Shown here: piece after piece, positions 20,757-29,211 of the stretch | Position numbering within the stretch: position 1 is the stretch's first letter | How the letters are laid out: every line of letters begins with the position of its first letter | Source of the DNA: an uncultured Gammaproteobacteria bacterium | GTDB taxonomy: Bacteria; Patescibacteriota; Patescibacteriia; Magasanikbacterales; UBA922 | Direction: 5' to 3' | Assembly (NCBI GenBank): GCA_964433095.1 | Contig: CAYSPW010000005.1 | Span: 1-52,606, forward strand | Length of the DNA: 52,606 bases | Made by a program: the position numbers and the translations under genes | Notes under the pieces: model-generated | What the model was told of the DNA's origin: nothing | The model's input: only the letters and a program-made list of their open reading frames with translations | Databases searched by the model: none

Positions 20757-22040
20757 ATGGAGGTGCAAATGTATACGATCCAAGAACTGGAGAAACTAAT
20801 TCAGGGATTCGAATTCAAAGAAAGGAGAGAACGAAAAATCGGGATTGAAGATGAGATTCCGATTGTGAGAGCGGATGGATCGCCGGGCGACATGCTGCCG
20901 GTGCTTTTATCTCTGGTTGAAAAGAAAGGTTGGCAGCCTCAACTTGATGATGTCACTTTGGCGGTGGTAGGCGCTTCGCATCCTGATTATGGCGTTGTTA
21001 CCACCGACGCCGGCAGTTCCATTATGGAGTGGGCGTCGCCGGTCAATGCCAGCTTGTTTTGTTTGGCCGAAGGCAGAGCCAAAGTGATTCAAAAGATCAA
21101 TGCCCTAACCCATGACGAGCCGCAATTTTTGCTTGGCACCGGCCGCCATCCTTTGCTTAAAGGTTCGGCTGCGCACTGGGCGCCCAAAGGGCGTTACAAA
21201 GTGTTGACCGAAGCGGTGGGTACCAAAGTACACGTGGCCACGGAAATGGCCTCACAGCAAGTAACCATTGATGGTCTGGACGCGGCCGACAGCATCAAGC
21301 TGCTGGATGATTTTTTGGCTATTTCACCCTTACTGAACGCCTTGACGGCCAATTCATCGGTTTATCACGGACGAGTACACCCCGCCAAATTGGCTTCACG
21401 GCAGCTGGCCTGGCGCAAGCTGGCCGCCGAAAGAACAGGCATTCCGGATCAGCCTTACCGGTCGTTTGAAAAGCTGGCCCGGCGGCTTTGGAACAGCGTC
21501 TACTTGTTCCGTCATGCCGGAGCAGGAAAATACGAAGCGGTAAAGGCGATTTTTGGTGATTATCTCACCAACGGAGCGCGGGGCGAACTGAGCGCGCACC
21601 TGTTGGTGCATGAAGGCTGTATGTGGGAAGACGCCCGTTGGCGGTTCAAGATTGGAGCGGTGGAAATGCGTCAGTGCTGCCAGCAGCCGAAAGAAGCCGG
21701 CATGGCCGTTCCGGCGTTGATGTTCGGACTGGCTGAGAATCGGTCCGATCGCGAGACGCTGGTTGCACAATTCGGCTGGGATAAATGGCGGCAAGCGCGT
21801 GACCAGGCCGCTCGTTTCGGCATGTATGCGAAGGTCGGAAACGTACCGATTAAACATTTGCTTAAGCAGATGCTGATCATATCCGAATCCGGTCTCAAGT
21901 CGCGACGTTTGAAAGAGGAGGTTTTGCTCGAACCGCTGTTCGAGCGCTTGCAGCGCGGTAGTCCACCGGCTCTTAACCAGATCAAGGCCTTTAAGTACGG
22001 CGGCATTACCGGCTTGATAAAAAAATTCGCTCTTTACTGA
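20757..22040 (+). CDS. Glutamate-cysteine ligase family (GCS2/EgtA-like) carboxylate-amine ligase
   Basis: KIGIEDE, MEWASP, QVTID, ALTANS, R...W, VEMR motifs in the order typical of GCS2 enzymes. Confidence 0.8.
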   Translation: MEVQMYTIQELEKLIQGFEFKERRERKIGIEDEIPIVRADGSPGDMLPVLLSLVEKKGWQPQLDDVTLAVVGASHPDYGVVTTDAGSSIMEWASPVNASLFCLAEGRAKVIQKINALTHDEPQFLLGTGRHPLLKGSAAHWAPKGRYKVLTEAVGTKVHVATEMASQQVTIDGLDAADSIKLLDDFLAISPLLNALTANSSVYHGRVHPAKLASRQLAWRKLAAERTGIPDQPYRSFEKLARRLWNSVYLFRHAGAGKYEAVKAIFGDYLTNGARGELSAHLLVHEGCMWEDARWRFKIGAVEMRQCCQQPKEAGMAVPALMFGLAENRSDRETLVAQFGWDKWRQARDQAARFGMYAKVGNVPIKHLLKQMLIISESGLKSRRLKEEVLLEPLFERLQRGSPPALNQIKAFKYGGITGLIKKFALY

Positions 22041-22060
22041 CCCTGAACAAAGGGTTTTTG

Positions 22061-22090
22061 GCCAGTCCGCTCGGATTGGCTTTTTTTATT
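22061..22090 (+). terminator. Terminator after GCS-family gene
   Basis: GCCAGTCCG-CT-CGGATTGGC followed by T7. Confidence 0.75.
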
Positions 22091-22122
22091 CATTCATTAC
22101 ACACAGTCGTGACAAATTTGAT

Positions 22123-22150
22123 TTGACAAGCAATAAATTATTGGTATAAT
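22123..22150 (+). promoter_or_regulatory. Strong promoter with no downstream ORF
   Basis: TTGACA-16 nt-TATAAT with extended TG. Confidence 0.7.
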
Positions 22151-22156
22151 ACAATC

Positions 22157-22299
22157 ACCTGTTAATTAAAAAACGGCAATATCTCATTCGCTGAAATCGT
22201 CATCATGGGAAACTCAAATTACTTTGGCTCGTGGGCCAAAGTTGCGGTTACCCACCTAGTAAATTAGGAATGGCGATATAGTCGTTTTTTTAGATAGGT
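22157..22299 (+). ncRNA. Candidate 6S RNA (ssrS-like)
   Basis: Ends pair into a long interrupted stem (ACCT/AGGT, AAAAAACGGC/GTCGTTTTTT, ATATC/GATAT, CATTC/GAATG); central bubble of about 16+13 nt; apical stem TGGG..ACTTTGGC/GCCAAAGT..CCCA; own promoter and terminator. Confidence 0.55.
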
Positions 22300-22300
22300 A

Positions 22301-22336
22301 AACAAAAACCTCCGTTTTCCGGAGGCTTTTGTGTTT
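22301..22336. terminator. Bidirectional terminator between candidate 6S RNA and tRNA-Pro
   Basis: AAAAACCTCCG-TTTTC-CGGAGGCTTTT. Confidence 0.75.
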
Positions 22337-22413
22337 TGGTCGGGATACCGGGACTTGAACCCGGAATTTCACGCACCCGAAGCGTGCGCCTTAGCCAATT
22401 AGGCCATATCCCG
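22337..22413 (-). tRNA. tRNA-Pro(CGG), CCA encoded
   Basis: Cloverleaf CGGGATA...CACGC-TTCGGGT-GCGTG...GTTCAAGTCC...TATCCCG ACCA. Confidence 0.95.
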
Positions 22414-22519
22414 TTGGATATGCTTTGCGAAAAAGAAATATTGATTATTTAAAAATTTTGTCGTATTTATGTTCAATATATATATTAATTCGGCAAAGCA
22501 TATTGTTGTCCGTAAAAGA

Positions 22520-22644
22520 ACAAAAAAAAGTTTAACTTTTGCATTTTTGGCGGTACCCCGGTGAACTTGTCCGTGATTATCCATCTCCCTTTCTTTCCAA
22601 CCGGCAAAAACTTCTTTCCATGTCGTCTTTTTGACAAATTTCAT
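22520..22644 (-). pseudogene. Probable truncated gene remnant between the two tRNA-Pro genes
   Basis: AGGAGG SD 6 nt before ATG 22644; protein-like N-terminus MKFVKKTTWKEVFAGWKERE, after which the frame degrades into AT-rich sequence and runs into the tRNA. Confidence 0.35.
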
Positions 22645-22697
22645 ATTTTGCCTCCTATATTTTCGTTAATTTTTCAGTTTGGCCCTTTATGGCATTG

Positions 22698-22770
22698 TCG
22701 GGATGACTGGACTTGAACCAGCGGCCTCACGCACCCCATGCGCGCGCTCTACCAACTGAGCTACACCCCG
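22698..22770 (-). tRNA. tRNA-Pro(GGG), CCA not encoded
   Basis: CGGGGTGTAGCTCAGTTGGTAGAGC...CGCGC-ATGGGGT-GCGTG...GTTCAAGTCC...CATCCCGA. Confidence 0.95.
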
Positions 22771-22821
22771 GTTGCCTTTATTATATCCTCTTTTTAAAAG
22801 CAATGAAAATGAATCGCAAAA

Positions 22822-22995
22822 TTAAGCTGTCTGGCCGATCTTTTTTACTTTGGTTCTCAAGCAAGTGGTGCAAATTTTTTTCCCTTTGATTTTTTGCAGA
22901 TTAGCCTTTTGCGTTTTCAATGTTTTTATTTTGGAGTGGCTTCTGGAGGCTGATTTTTTTGGCCCTTTGCCGCAAATCTCGCATTTTCTTGACAT
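22822..22995 (-). CDS. rpmB: 50S ribosomal protein L28 (57 aa, missed by ORF track)
   Basis: Manual translation MSRKCEICGKGPKKSASRSHSKIKTLKTQKANLQKIKGKKICTTCLRT...; L28 signature MSRxCxxCGK, SHS, NLQ, CTTCLR. Confidence 0.93.
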   Translation of the reverse strand: MSRKCEICGKGPKKSASRSHSKIKTLKTQKANLQKIKGKKICTTCLRTKVKKIGQTA

Positions 22996-23127
22996 ATTGT
23001 TTTGTTTTGTTATTGCTAAAGTTTAATATGGTTCAATTTAGCTCATTTTTGACCAATTCTACTATTCACTGTATACTTATATGAGCGTCAAAATTATATC
23101 TTTTTAATTGGTTTTTGTCAATATTTT

Positions 23128-23745
23128 ATGGAATTTATCCCTTTGCTGTTTTTTTTCATAATCATCATTCCTTCGGCCATACTACACGAATACGCCCATG
23201 GTTGGATGGCTGACCAGCTCGGCGATCCGACCGCCAAGTATGCCGGTCGATTGAGCTTAAACCCCAAAGTACATGTTGATCCGTGGGGCACTTTGCTGAT
23301 GCCGCTCATCTTGTTTTTAATAACCGGCGGCAGATTTTTATTCGCCTATGCCAAGCCGGTGCCGTATAATCCATATAATTTAAAGAATCAGAAATGGGGA
23401 CCTGCCTTGGTGGCGGTGGCCGGCCCGGCCTCCAATTTAATTTTGGCCTTAATATTCGGCACATTATTGCGGCTTATGCCGGTTTCCGCTTTGACTGACC
23501 TGCTGTCAATAATAGTATATGCCAACGTACTTCTCGCGGTATTTAATTTGGTCCCCATTCCGCCACTTGATGGTTCAAAGATATTGTATGCTTTTTTGCC
23601 GGATTCCATGCAACATGTTAAGGTCTTTCTGGAACAATACGGATTTTTTATCCTTTTAATATTCATCTTGTTCGCTTTTGAGCTGATCATTCCGATTATT
23701 TCATATATTTACCAGCTTTTTACTGGCGGAGTCGGTTTTTTTTAG
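23128..23745 (+). CDS. Site-2 protease family (M50) membrane metalloprotease
   Basis: HEYAH zinc motif, AGPASN, FNLVPIPPLDG; multiple TM segments. Confidence 0.93.
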   Translation: MEFIPLLFFFIIIIPSAILHEYAHGWMADQLGDPTAKYAGRLSLNPKVHVDPWGTLLMPLILFLITGGRFLFAYAKPVPYNPYNLKNQKWGPALVAVAGPASNLILALIFGTLLRLMPVSALTDLLSIIVYANVLLAVFNLVPIPPLDGSKILYAFLPDSMQHVKVFLEQYGFFILLIFILFAFELIIPIISYIYQLFTGGVGFF

Positions 23746-23748
23746 CTA

Positions 23749-23777
23749 TTGACAATTAATTAAATTTTTGTTAATAT
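23749..23777 (+). promoter_or_regulatory. Promoter of rpsL operon
   Basis: TTGACA-17 nt-TAATAT. Confidence 0.65.
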
Positions 23778-23783
23778 TAATAT

Positions 23784-23988
23784 CACTCAAATTTTTGCGC
23801 AAAATTAAGCCGAATTTGAACGGAGTAATCCTTGCCGATCGCAAGGGTGAAGCAAATCTGCTTATAGTGGATTAAAAAACGTTCGGAAAATATCCCTTGC
23901 CTGAATAGGGAAACATATTCGAACGTCCCGTCTGGGGATTTTTTTCTTTAGCGTAAATATATTAATAACGAAAAATAACAAAAGAATT
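23784..23988 (+). promoter_or_regulatory. Structured ~200-nt leader of rpsL
   Basis: Hairpins CCTTGC/GCAAGG, AATCTGCT/AGTGGATT, ACGTTCG...CGAACGT, then GGGGA-T run. Confidence 0.5.
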
Positions 23989-24408
23989 ATGCCAACAATG
24001 AATCAACTGCTGCGCAAAGGCCGAAAAAGCAAAAAGGAGAAATCCGCTTCTCCAGCTTTGCAGTACACTTATGACAGCCTGCACCGCAAGAAAACATATT
24101 ACCGCAAAGGTTCTCCGTTCAAACGCGGCGTATGCACCAAGGTGTATACCACCACGCCGAAAAAGCCTAACTCGGCTTTGCGCAAGGTGGCCAAAGTCAG
24201 ATTATCCAATGGAGCGGAAGTGATCGCGTATATTCCGGGTGAAGGACATAATCTGCAGGAGCATTCCATTGTCTTGTTGCGCGGCGGAAGAGTGAAAGAT
24301 TTGCCCGGCGTCAGATATCATGTGGTACGCGGAGTTTATGATACTCAAGGTGTGGAAGGCAGAAAGAAAAGCCGTTCCCTTTACGGTGCCAAGAAACCGA
24401 AAAAATAA
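23989..24408 (+). CDS. rpsL: 30S ribosomal protein S12
   Basis: [22 protein letters not shown]. Confidence 0.99.
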   Translation: MPTMNQLLRKGRKSKKEKSASPALQYTYDSLHRKKTYYRKGSPFKRGVCTKVYTTTPKKPNSALRKVAKVRLSNGAEVIAYIPGEGHNLQEHSIVLLRGGRVKDLPGVRYHVVRGVYDTQGVEGRKKSRSLYGAKKPKK

Positions 24409-24432
24409 TTAACAGTTAAATATTATAGTGTT

Positions 24433-24915
24433 ATGGCCAGAGGAAAAAGCATTGTCAAAAGAATGACGGTGATGGATCCAAAATACAATAGTCCGCTAGT
24501 GGGTAAATTCATCAACTATCTCATGGAAAGAGGTAAAAAAACCGTTGCACAGTCAATTGTTTACGGAGCCTTTGATATCTTAAAAGAAAAATCTTCCGAA
24601 GAGCCGCTCAAAGTTTTTGAAAGAGCGATTGAGGCGGTGCGTCCGCAGCTGGAAGTGCGCTCGCGCCGAGTGGGCGGAGCCAATTACCAGGTGCCAATGC
24701 CGGTTTCCGGCAGTCGCCAGAATGCTTTGGCTTTTCGTTGGGTTATCGCGGCCGCGCGCGCCAGAAAAGGGAGATCCATGAAAGACAAGCTGGGCATGGA
24801 ATTGCTCGATTGTTTGGAAGGAACCGGCGGCGCCATTAAGAAAAAAGAAGACGTGCACCGCATGGCCGAAGCCAATAAGGCTTTCGCACATTTCGCCCGT
24901 TTCAGACGTAAATAA
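24433..24915 (+). CDS. rpsG: 30S ribosomal protein S7
   Basis: [24 protein letters not shown]. Confidence 0.99.
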   Translation: MARGKSIVKRMTVMDPKYNSPLVGKFINYLMERGKKTVAQSIVYGAFDILKEKSSEEPLKVFERAIEAVRPQLEVRSRRVGGANYQVPMPVSGSRQNALAFRWVIAAARARKGRSMKDKLGMELLDCLEGTGGAIKKKEDVHRMAEANKAFAHFARFRRK

Positions 24916-24934
24916 ATAAGAATTAATTTTTTTT

Positions 24935-27010
24935 ATGGCTCGTGAATATTCATTGGATAAAATTAGAAACATTGGAATAATGGCCCATATTGACGCCGGT
25001 AAAACAACTGTTACCGAGCGTGTTTTGTACTACACGGGCAAAAAGCATAAAATCGGCGAAACTCATGAAGGTCAGGCGGACATGGACTGGATGGAGCAAG
25101 AAAAAGAGCGCGGCATTACCATCACTTCAGCCGCCACCACTTGTTTTTGGAAGGATCACAGAATCAATATCATAGATACTCCGGGACATGTGGATTTTAC
25201 CGTGGAAGTGGAAAGATCTTTGCGAGTATTGGATGGCGCTGTAGCCGTGTTTGACGGTTCGCAGGGAGTGGAACCGCAGTCCGAAACCGTGTGGAAGCAG
25301 GCTGATAAATACCATGTTCCGAGAATTTGTTTTATAAACAAAATGGATAAAATGGGCGCTGATTTTTACATGAGCTTGAATTCCATCAAAGAGAGATTAT
25401 CCCCGGACGCTTTCGCCATCCAGCTGCCGATCGGGGCTGAATCAACTTTTTCCGGAGTAATTGATTTAATTGAACAAAAAGCATACAAATTTGAAGAAGA
25501 TTACGGAATCAACGTGGTGGAAATGGATGTTCCAGAGGATATGAAAGAGCAGGTTGAAAAATACAGGGCTGATTTAATGGAGAAAGTGGCCGAAGCCAAC
25601 GAAGAATTGTTGAACAAGTATCTGGAGAGCTCTGAATTGAGCGTGGAAGAGATTAAAGCGGGTATCAGAAATATGGTTTTAAATGATGATTTTTATCCGG
25701 TGATGTGCGGCACGGCTTTGCAAAATATCGGCGTGCAGCCTGTGTTGGACGCGGTAGTGCAATTTTTACCATCCCCTTTGGAAGTGCCGGCAATTGTGGG
25801 TGTTGATCCGTCTGACGAAGAAAAAAAGATTTCCACCAAAGCAAGCGATGATGATCCGTTTACCGCTTTGGCATTTAAAATCGCCACTGATCCTTTTGTG
25901 GGCAAACTTGCTTTTTTCAGGGTATATTCAGGGTCGGTCAAGGCCGGTAGCTATGTGTTGAATACGACCACAGGTGAAAAAGAGCGCATCGGACGCATTG
26001 TCAGGCTGCATGCCAACAGCCGGGAAGAAGTGGAAGAAGTATATGCCGGAGACATCGCGGCCGCGATCGGACTGAAAAAGACCACTACCGGTGATACTTT
26101 ATGCGCGGAAAACCGTCCGGTCATGCTGGAAAAAATTACTTTTCCCGAACCGGTGATATCCGTGGCTATTGAGCCGAACAGTAAAGCGGACGCGGAAAAA
26201 ATGTCCATTGCTTTGCAAAAGTTGGCTGAGGAAGATCCGACCTTCAAAGTGCATACCGACGAAGAAACTTTGCAGACTATTATTTCGGGCATGGGAGAGT
26301 TGCACTTGGATATTTTGGTGGACAGAATGAAGCGCGAGTTCGGCGTGGAAGCCAATGTGGGAGCGCCGCAAGTGGCTTACAAAGAAACCATCAAGCAAAG
26401 CGCCGAAGCCGAAGGCAAGTACATCAAGCAGTCCGGCGGACGCGGGCAGTACGGCCATTGCTGGCTCAAAGTGGAACCGTTGAAACAGGGTGAAGGATTT
26501 GAATTCGTGGACGAAATCAAAGGCGGAATTATCCCCAAAGAATTCATACCGGCTATTCAAAAAGGGGTGAAAGAAACCATTGATAAGGGAGTGGTTGCCG
26601 GCTATCCGGTCGTGGATGTCAAGGCGACCTGCTACGACGGATCTTACCACGAAGTGGATTCTTCGGAAGTGGCCTTTAAGATGGCCGGCAGCATGGCGTT
26701 TCAGGCGGCGGCCAAGATGGCCAATCCAATCATTTTAGAGCCGATTATGAAAGTGGAGGTTATCACTCCGGAAGACTACATGGGAGACGTGATCGGAGAT
26801 CTGAGCGCCAAGCGCGGTCAGATTCAGGAAATGATCGAGCGGGGACAATCCAAAGTGGTACGAGCATTGGTGCCGCTCTCGGAAATGTTTGGCTACGCCA
26901 CTTCGCTGCGCTCCATGACACAAGGTCGGGCCAACTATTCCATGGAATTTGAAAAGTACGAAGAAGTGCCGCAGAACGTGGCTACCCGGATCATTGAAGG
27001 AAAAAAGTAA
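24935..27010 (+). CDS. fusA: Elongation factor G
   Basis: [32 protein letters not shown]. Confidence 0.99.
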   Translation: MAREYSLDKIRNIGIMAHIDAGKTTVTERVLYYTGKKHKIGETHEGQADMDWMEQEKERGITITSAATTCFWKDHRINIIDTPGHVDFTVEVERSLRVLDGAVAVFDGSQGVEPQSETVWKQADKYHVPRICFINKMDKMGADFYMSLNSIKERLSPDAFAIQLPIGAESTFSGVIDLIEQKAYKFEEDYGINVVEMDVPEDMKEQVEKYRADLMEKVAEANEELLNKYLESSELSVEEIKAGIRNMVLNDDFYPVMCGTALQNIGVQPVLDAVVQFLPSPLEVPAIVGVDPSDEEKKISTKASDDDPFTALAFKIATDPFVGKLAFFRVYSGSVKAGSYVLNTTTGEKERIGRIVRLHANSREEVEEVYAGDIAAAIGLKKTTTGDTLCAENRPVMLEKITFPEPVISVAIEPNSKADAEKMSIALQKLAEEDPTFKVHTDEETLQTIISGMGELHLDILVDRMKREFGVEANVGAPQVAYKETIKQSAEAEGKYIKQSGGRGQYGHCWLKVEPLKQGEGFEFVDEIKGGIIPKEFIPAIQKGVKETIDKGVVAGYPVVDVKATCYDGSYHEVDSSEVAFKMAGSMAFQAAAKMANPIILEPIMKVEVITPEDYMGDVIGDLSAKRGQIQEMIERGQSKVVRALVPLSEMFGYATSLRSMTQGRANYSMEFEKYEEVPQNVATRIIEGKK

Positions 27011-27033
27011 AATATATTAAATAAAAAAATACT

Positions 27034-27639
27034 ATGTTAAGAATCAGATTACAACGCATGGGCAAGAAAAAAAAACCGAGCTATCGCCTGATTGTGTCTG
27101 AAAAACCAAAAGACACGCAAGCCGGCAGTTTGGAAATTCTTGGTCAGTACGATCCGGTTGCCGAAACCAAGATTGTAAATTTGAAGGTGGACAGGATAAA
27201 ATATTGGATGGAGCAGGGGGCCGAGCCTTCCAACAGCGTCCATAATTTGTTGGTGAATCAAGGAGTGATTAAAGGCGATAAAAAGAAATCGGTTACCATT
27301 TCAAACAAAAGAAAGGACAAAATGGAAGAAAAACAAAAAGCGCGACAAGAGGAAGTCGCTAAAGCCGAAGAGCGGTCAAAACAAAAAGCGACCGAACAAG
27401 CCGAACAGACGGAAAACAGAGAACAGACGGCCCAAGCTGAGGAAAGACAGGAACAATTTAAGACCGAAGAGAAGTCCGACTCGGAAGCCAAACAAGCGCC
27501 ACGGGCCGAAGATGAATCGGTAGCGGCGACAGACGAACAGGCCGAGTCCGATAAAAAACAGCAGAGCGTGCAAGAGGAATCGGATGGTCAAAGTAAGACT
27601 GAAACAGATCAAGACCGGGACAAAGAAAAAAAACAATAA
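27034..27639 (+). CDS. rpsP: 30S ribosomal protein S16 with long acidic/Gln-rich C-terminal extension
   Basis: MLRIRLQRMGKKKKPSYRLIV, LGQYDP, YWMEQGAEPS. Confidence 0.96.
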   Translation: MLRIRLQRMGKKKKPSYRLIVSEKPKDTQAGSLEILGQYDPVAETKIVNLKVDRIKYWMEQGAEPSNSVHNLLVNQGVIKGDKKKSVTISNKRKDKMEEKQKARQEEVAKAEERSKQKATEQAEQTENREQTAQAEERQEQFKTEEKSDSEAKQAPRAEDESVAATDEQAESDKKQQSVQEESDGQSKTETDQDRDKEKKQ

Positions 27640-27645
27640 TCAACA

Positions 27646-27672
27646 AAAATCCCCTAGATACGGGGGTTTTTC
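27646..27672 (+). terminator. Terminator after rpsP
   Basis: AAAATCCCC...GGGGGTTTTT. Confidence 0.65.
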
Positions 27673-27694
27673 AGTAAAAAAACATTATGCGATA

Positions 27695-27723
27695 TTGACT
27701 GGTGCCGCGTTGTGTGCTATAAT
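27695..27723 (+). promoter_or_regulatory. Promoter of khpA
   Basis: TTGACT-17 nt-TATAAT with extended TG. Confidence 0.75.
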
Positions 27724-27816
27724 ATTTATTATGATAGAGCTGGTGGGAAAATTATTTTTCCTACGGTGTCGACAGTCTATTAATAATGTTCAAGTTAATC
27801 AGAAAAGATAAGAATT

Positions 27817-28134
27817 ATGGAAAAAGATCAAGAGTTTATTGATTACGTTGTCAAAGCGATTGTAAATAATCCTGATGACGTCAAGACTGAAAGAACCATT
27901 GACGAGCGCGGCGTACTCATCACCTTGGATGTTAATCCGAGCGACATGGGTTATGTCATTGGTCGTCAAGGTCAAACTGCTCGTGCTATCCGCACACTTC
28001 TCAAAATCGTTGGCGCCAAGAATAACGCGCGTGTTAATCTGAAGATCAACGAGCCGGAAGGCGGACGCGGTCCTCGACCGGCGGCTTCAATGGAAGACGT
28101 GGATACCAGCGCAGTCGATGATCTACAGATCTAA
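27817..28134 (+). CDS. khpA: KH-domain RNA-binding protein (YlqC/KhpA)
   Basis: DMGYVIGRQGQTARAIRTLL KH motif; follows rpsP. Confidence 0.92.
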   Translation: MEKDQEFIDYVVKAIVNNPDDVKTERTIDERGVLITLDVNPSDMGYVIGRQGQTARAIRTLLKIVGAKNNARVNLKINEPEGGRGPRPAASMEDVDTSAVDDLQI

Positions 28135-28150
28135 ACTTCAGAAACAAAAT

Positions 28151-28177
28151 CATCCCGCTTTGGCGGGATGTTTTTTT
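28151..28177 (+). terminator. Terminator after khpA
   Basis: CATCCCGC-TTTG-GCGGGATG followed by T7. Confidence 0.85.
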
Positions 28178-28178
28178 C

Positions 28179-28207
28179 TTGACTTTTTTGTTTTTTTGCT
28201 GTAAAAT
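28179..28207 (+). promoter_or_regulatory. Promoter for tRNA pair
   Basis: TTGACT-17 nt-TAAAAT. Confidence 0.65.
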
Positions 28208-28230
28208 GTTTTTACGGTTTGAATATCCAC

Positions 28231-28304
28231 GGGTTTATAGCTCAGTTGGTTAGAGCGCCACGTTGACATCGTGGAGGTCAGAGGTTCAAATCCTCTTAAA
28301 CCCA
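28231..28304 (+). tRNA. tRNA-Val(GAC)
   Basis: GGGTTTA...CCACG-TTGACAT-CGTGG...GTTCAAATCC...TAAACCCA. Confidence 0.96.
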
Positions 28305-28321
28305 CGATGAGCGTAAAAAAA

Positions 28322-28395
28322 GGGCAATTAGCTCAGTTGGTTAGAGCGCAACACTGATAATGTTGAGGTCCCAGGTTCGATTCCTGGATTGCCCA
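28322..28395 (+). tRNA. tRNA-Ile(GAT)
   Basis: GGGCAAT...CAACA-CTGATAA-TGTTG...GTTCGATTCC...ATTGCCCA. Confidence 0.96.
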
Positions 28396-28536
28396 CCGGA
28401 AAGATCTTTAGGATCTTCTTTTTTTAATAATTTCGCCGGTTTGAAAATAATAGACGAGCGTAAATATATTAATTTGCATACTTAAAAATTTTACTGTATA
28501 CTATCAAAGTATTTTTGGATAATATTTACCTATCTT

Positions 28537-29181
28537 ATGCCAAAAAAACAGGAAAAAAGCCAACAACAATCCGATTTGGACCAGGTGGAAGAGAACGACA
28601 AAGAGGTGGTATCCGCGGTTGAAAGAGGAATTCTCGCGACCGTTGGCTTGTTTTTTTTGGAATTGGTTAAAATCGTAATATTGGCCGGTATTACCATCGT
28701 GCTGGTGAGATATTTTTTGTTCAAGCCTTTTTACGTCAAGGGCGAGTCAATGGAGCCCACATTTTATGAAAAGGAATATTTAATAATAGATGAGATTTCT
28801 TATCGTTTTCGCGATCCGCAAAGAGGTGAAGTGGTGGTATTCAAAGCGCCGATCGGAGACAAGGATTATTATTTAAAAAGAATTATCGGCATGCCCGGGG
28901 AAAGAGTAAAGGTGGAGGATAACAAGGTGATAATATATAACGAAGAAAATCCACAAGGAATAGTGGTGGAAGAAATGTATTTGATGGAAACGACCCCCGG
29001 ATCAATTACCATGTCTTTGGGTCCGGGACAATATTTTGTCATGGGTGATAACCGCGATTCCAGCTATGATTCCAGAGGTTTCGGCCCGGTTGGCAAAGCA
29101 GAGATTGTCGGGCGAGCTTGGCTGCGTGGCTGGCCTTTTAGTCGGTTCGATTTGTTTGACAATCCACAGTATAATTTATAA
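28537..29181 (+). CDS. lepB: Signal peptidase I
   Basis: TM helix, GESMEPT (Ser), YLKRIIGMPGE (Lys), GDNRDSSYDSR. Confidence 0.96.
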   Translation: MPKKQEKSQQQSDLDQVEENDKEVVSAVERGILATVGLFFLELVKIVILAGITIVLVRYFLFKPFYVKGESMEPTFYEKEYLIIDEISYRFRDPQRGEVVVFKAPIGDKDYYLKRIIGMPGERVKVEDNKVIIYNEENPQGIVVEEMYLMETTPGSITMSLGPGQYFVMGDNRDSSYDSRGFGPVGKAEIVGRAWLRGWPFSRFDLFDNPQYNL

Positions 29182-29211
29182 CCACATAATTTTATATAAC
29201 AATTTTTATTT

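Noticed and set aside
22157-22299. SRP RNA, tmRNA or known riboswitch identity for this RNA
   Set aside because: Lacks the SRP GGAA-loop domain IV motif, tRNA-like ends and recognisable aptamer consensus; no downstream gene on the same strand
27584-27811. 75-aa ORF starting MVKVRLKQ (superficially S16-like)
   Set aside because: Overlaps the rpsP tail, terminator and khpA promoter; the similarity is limited to a few residues
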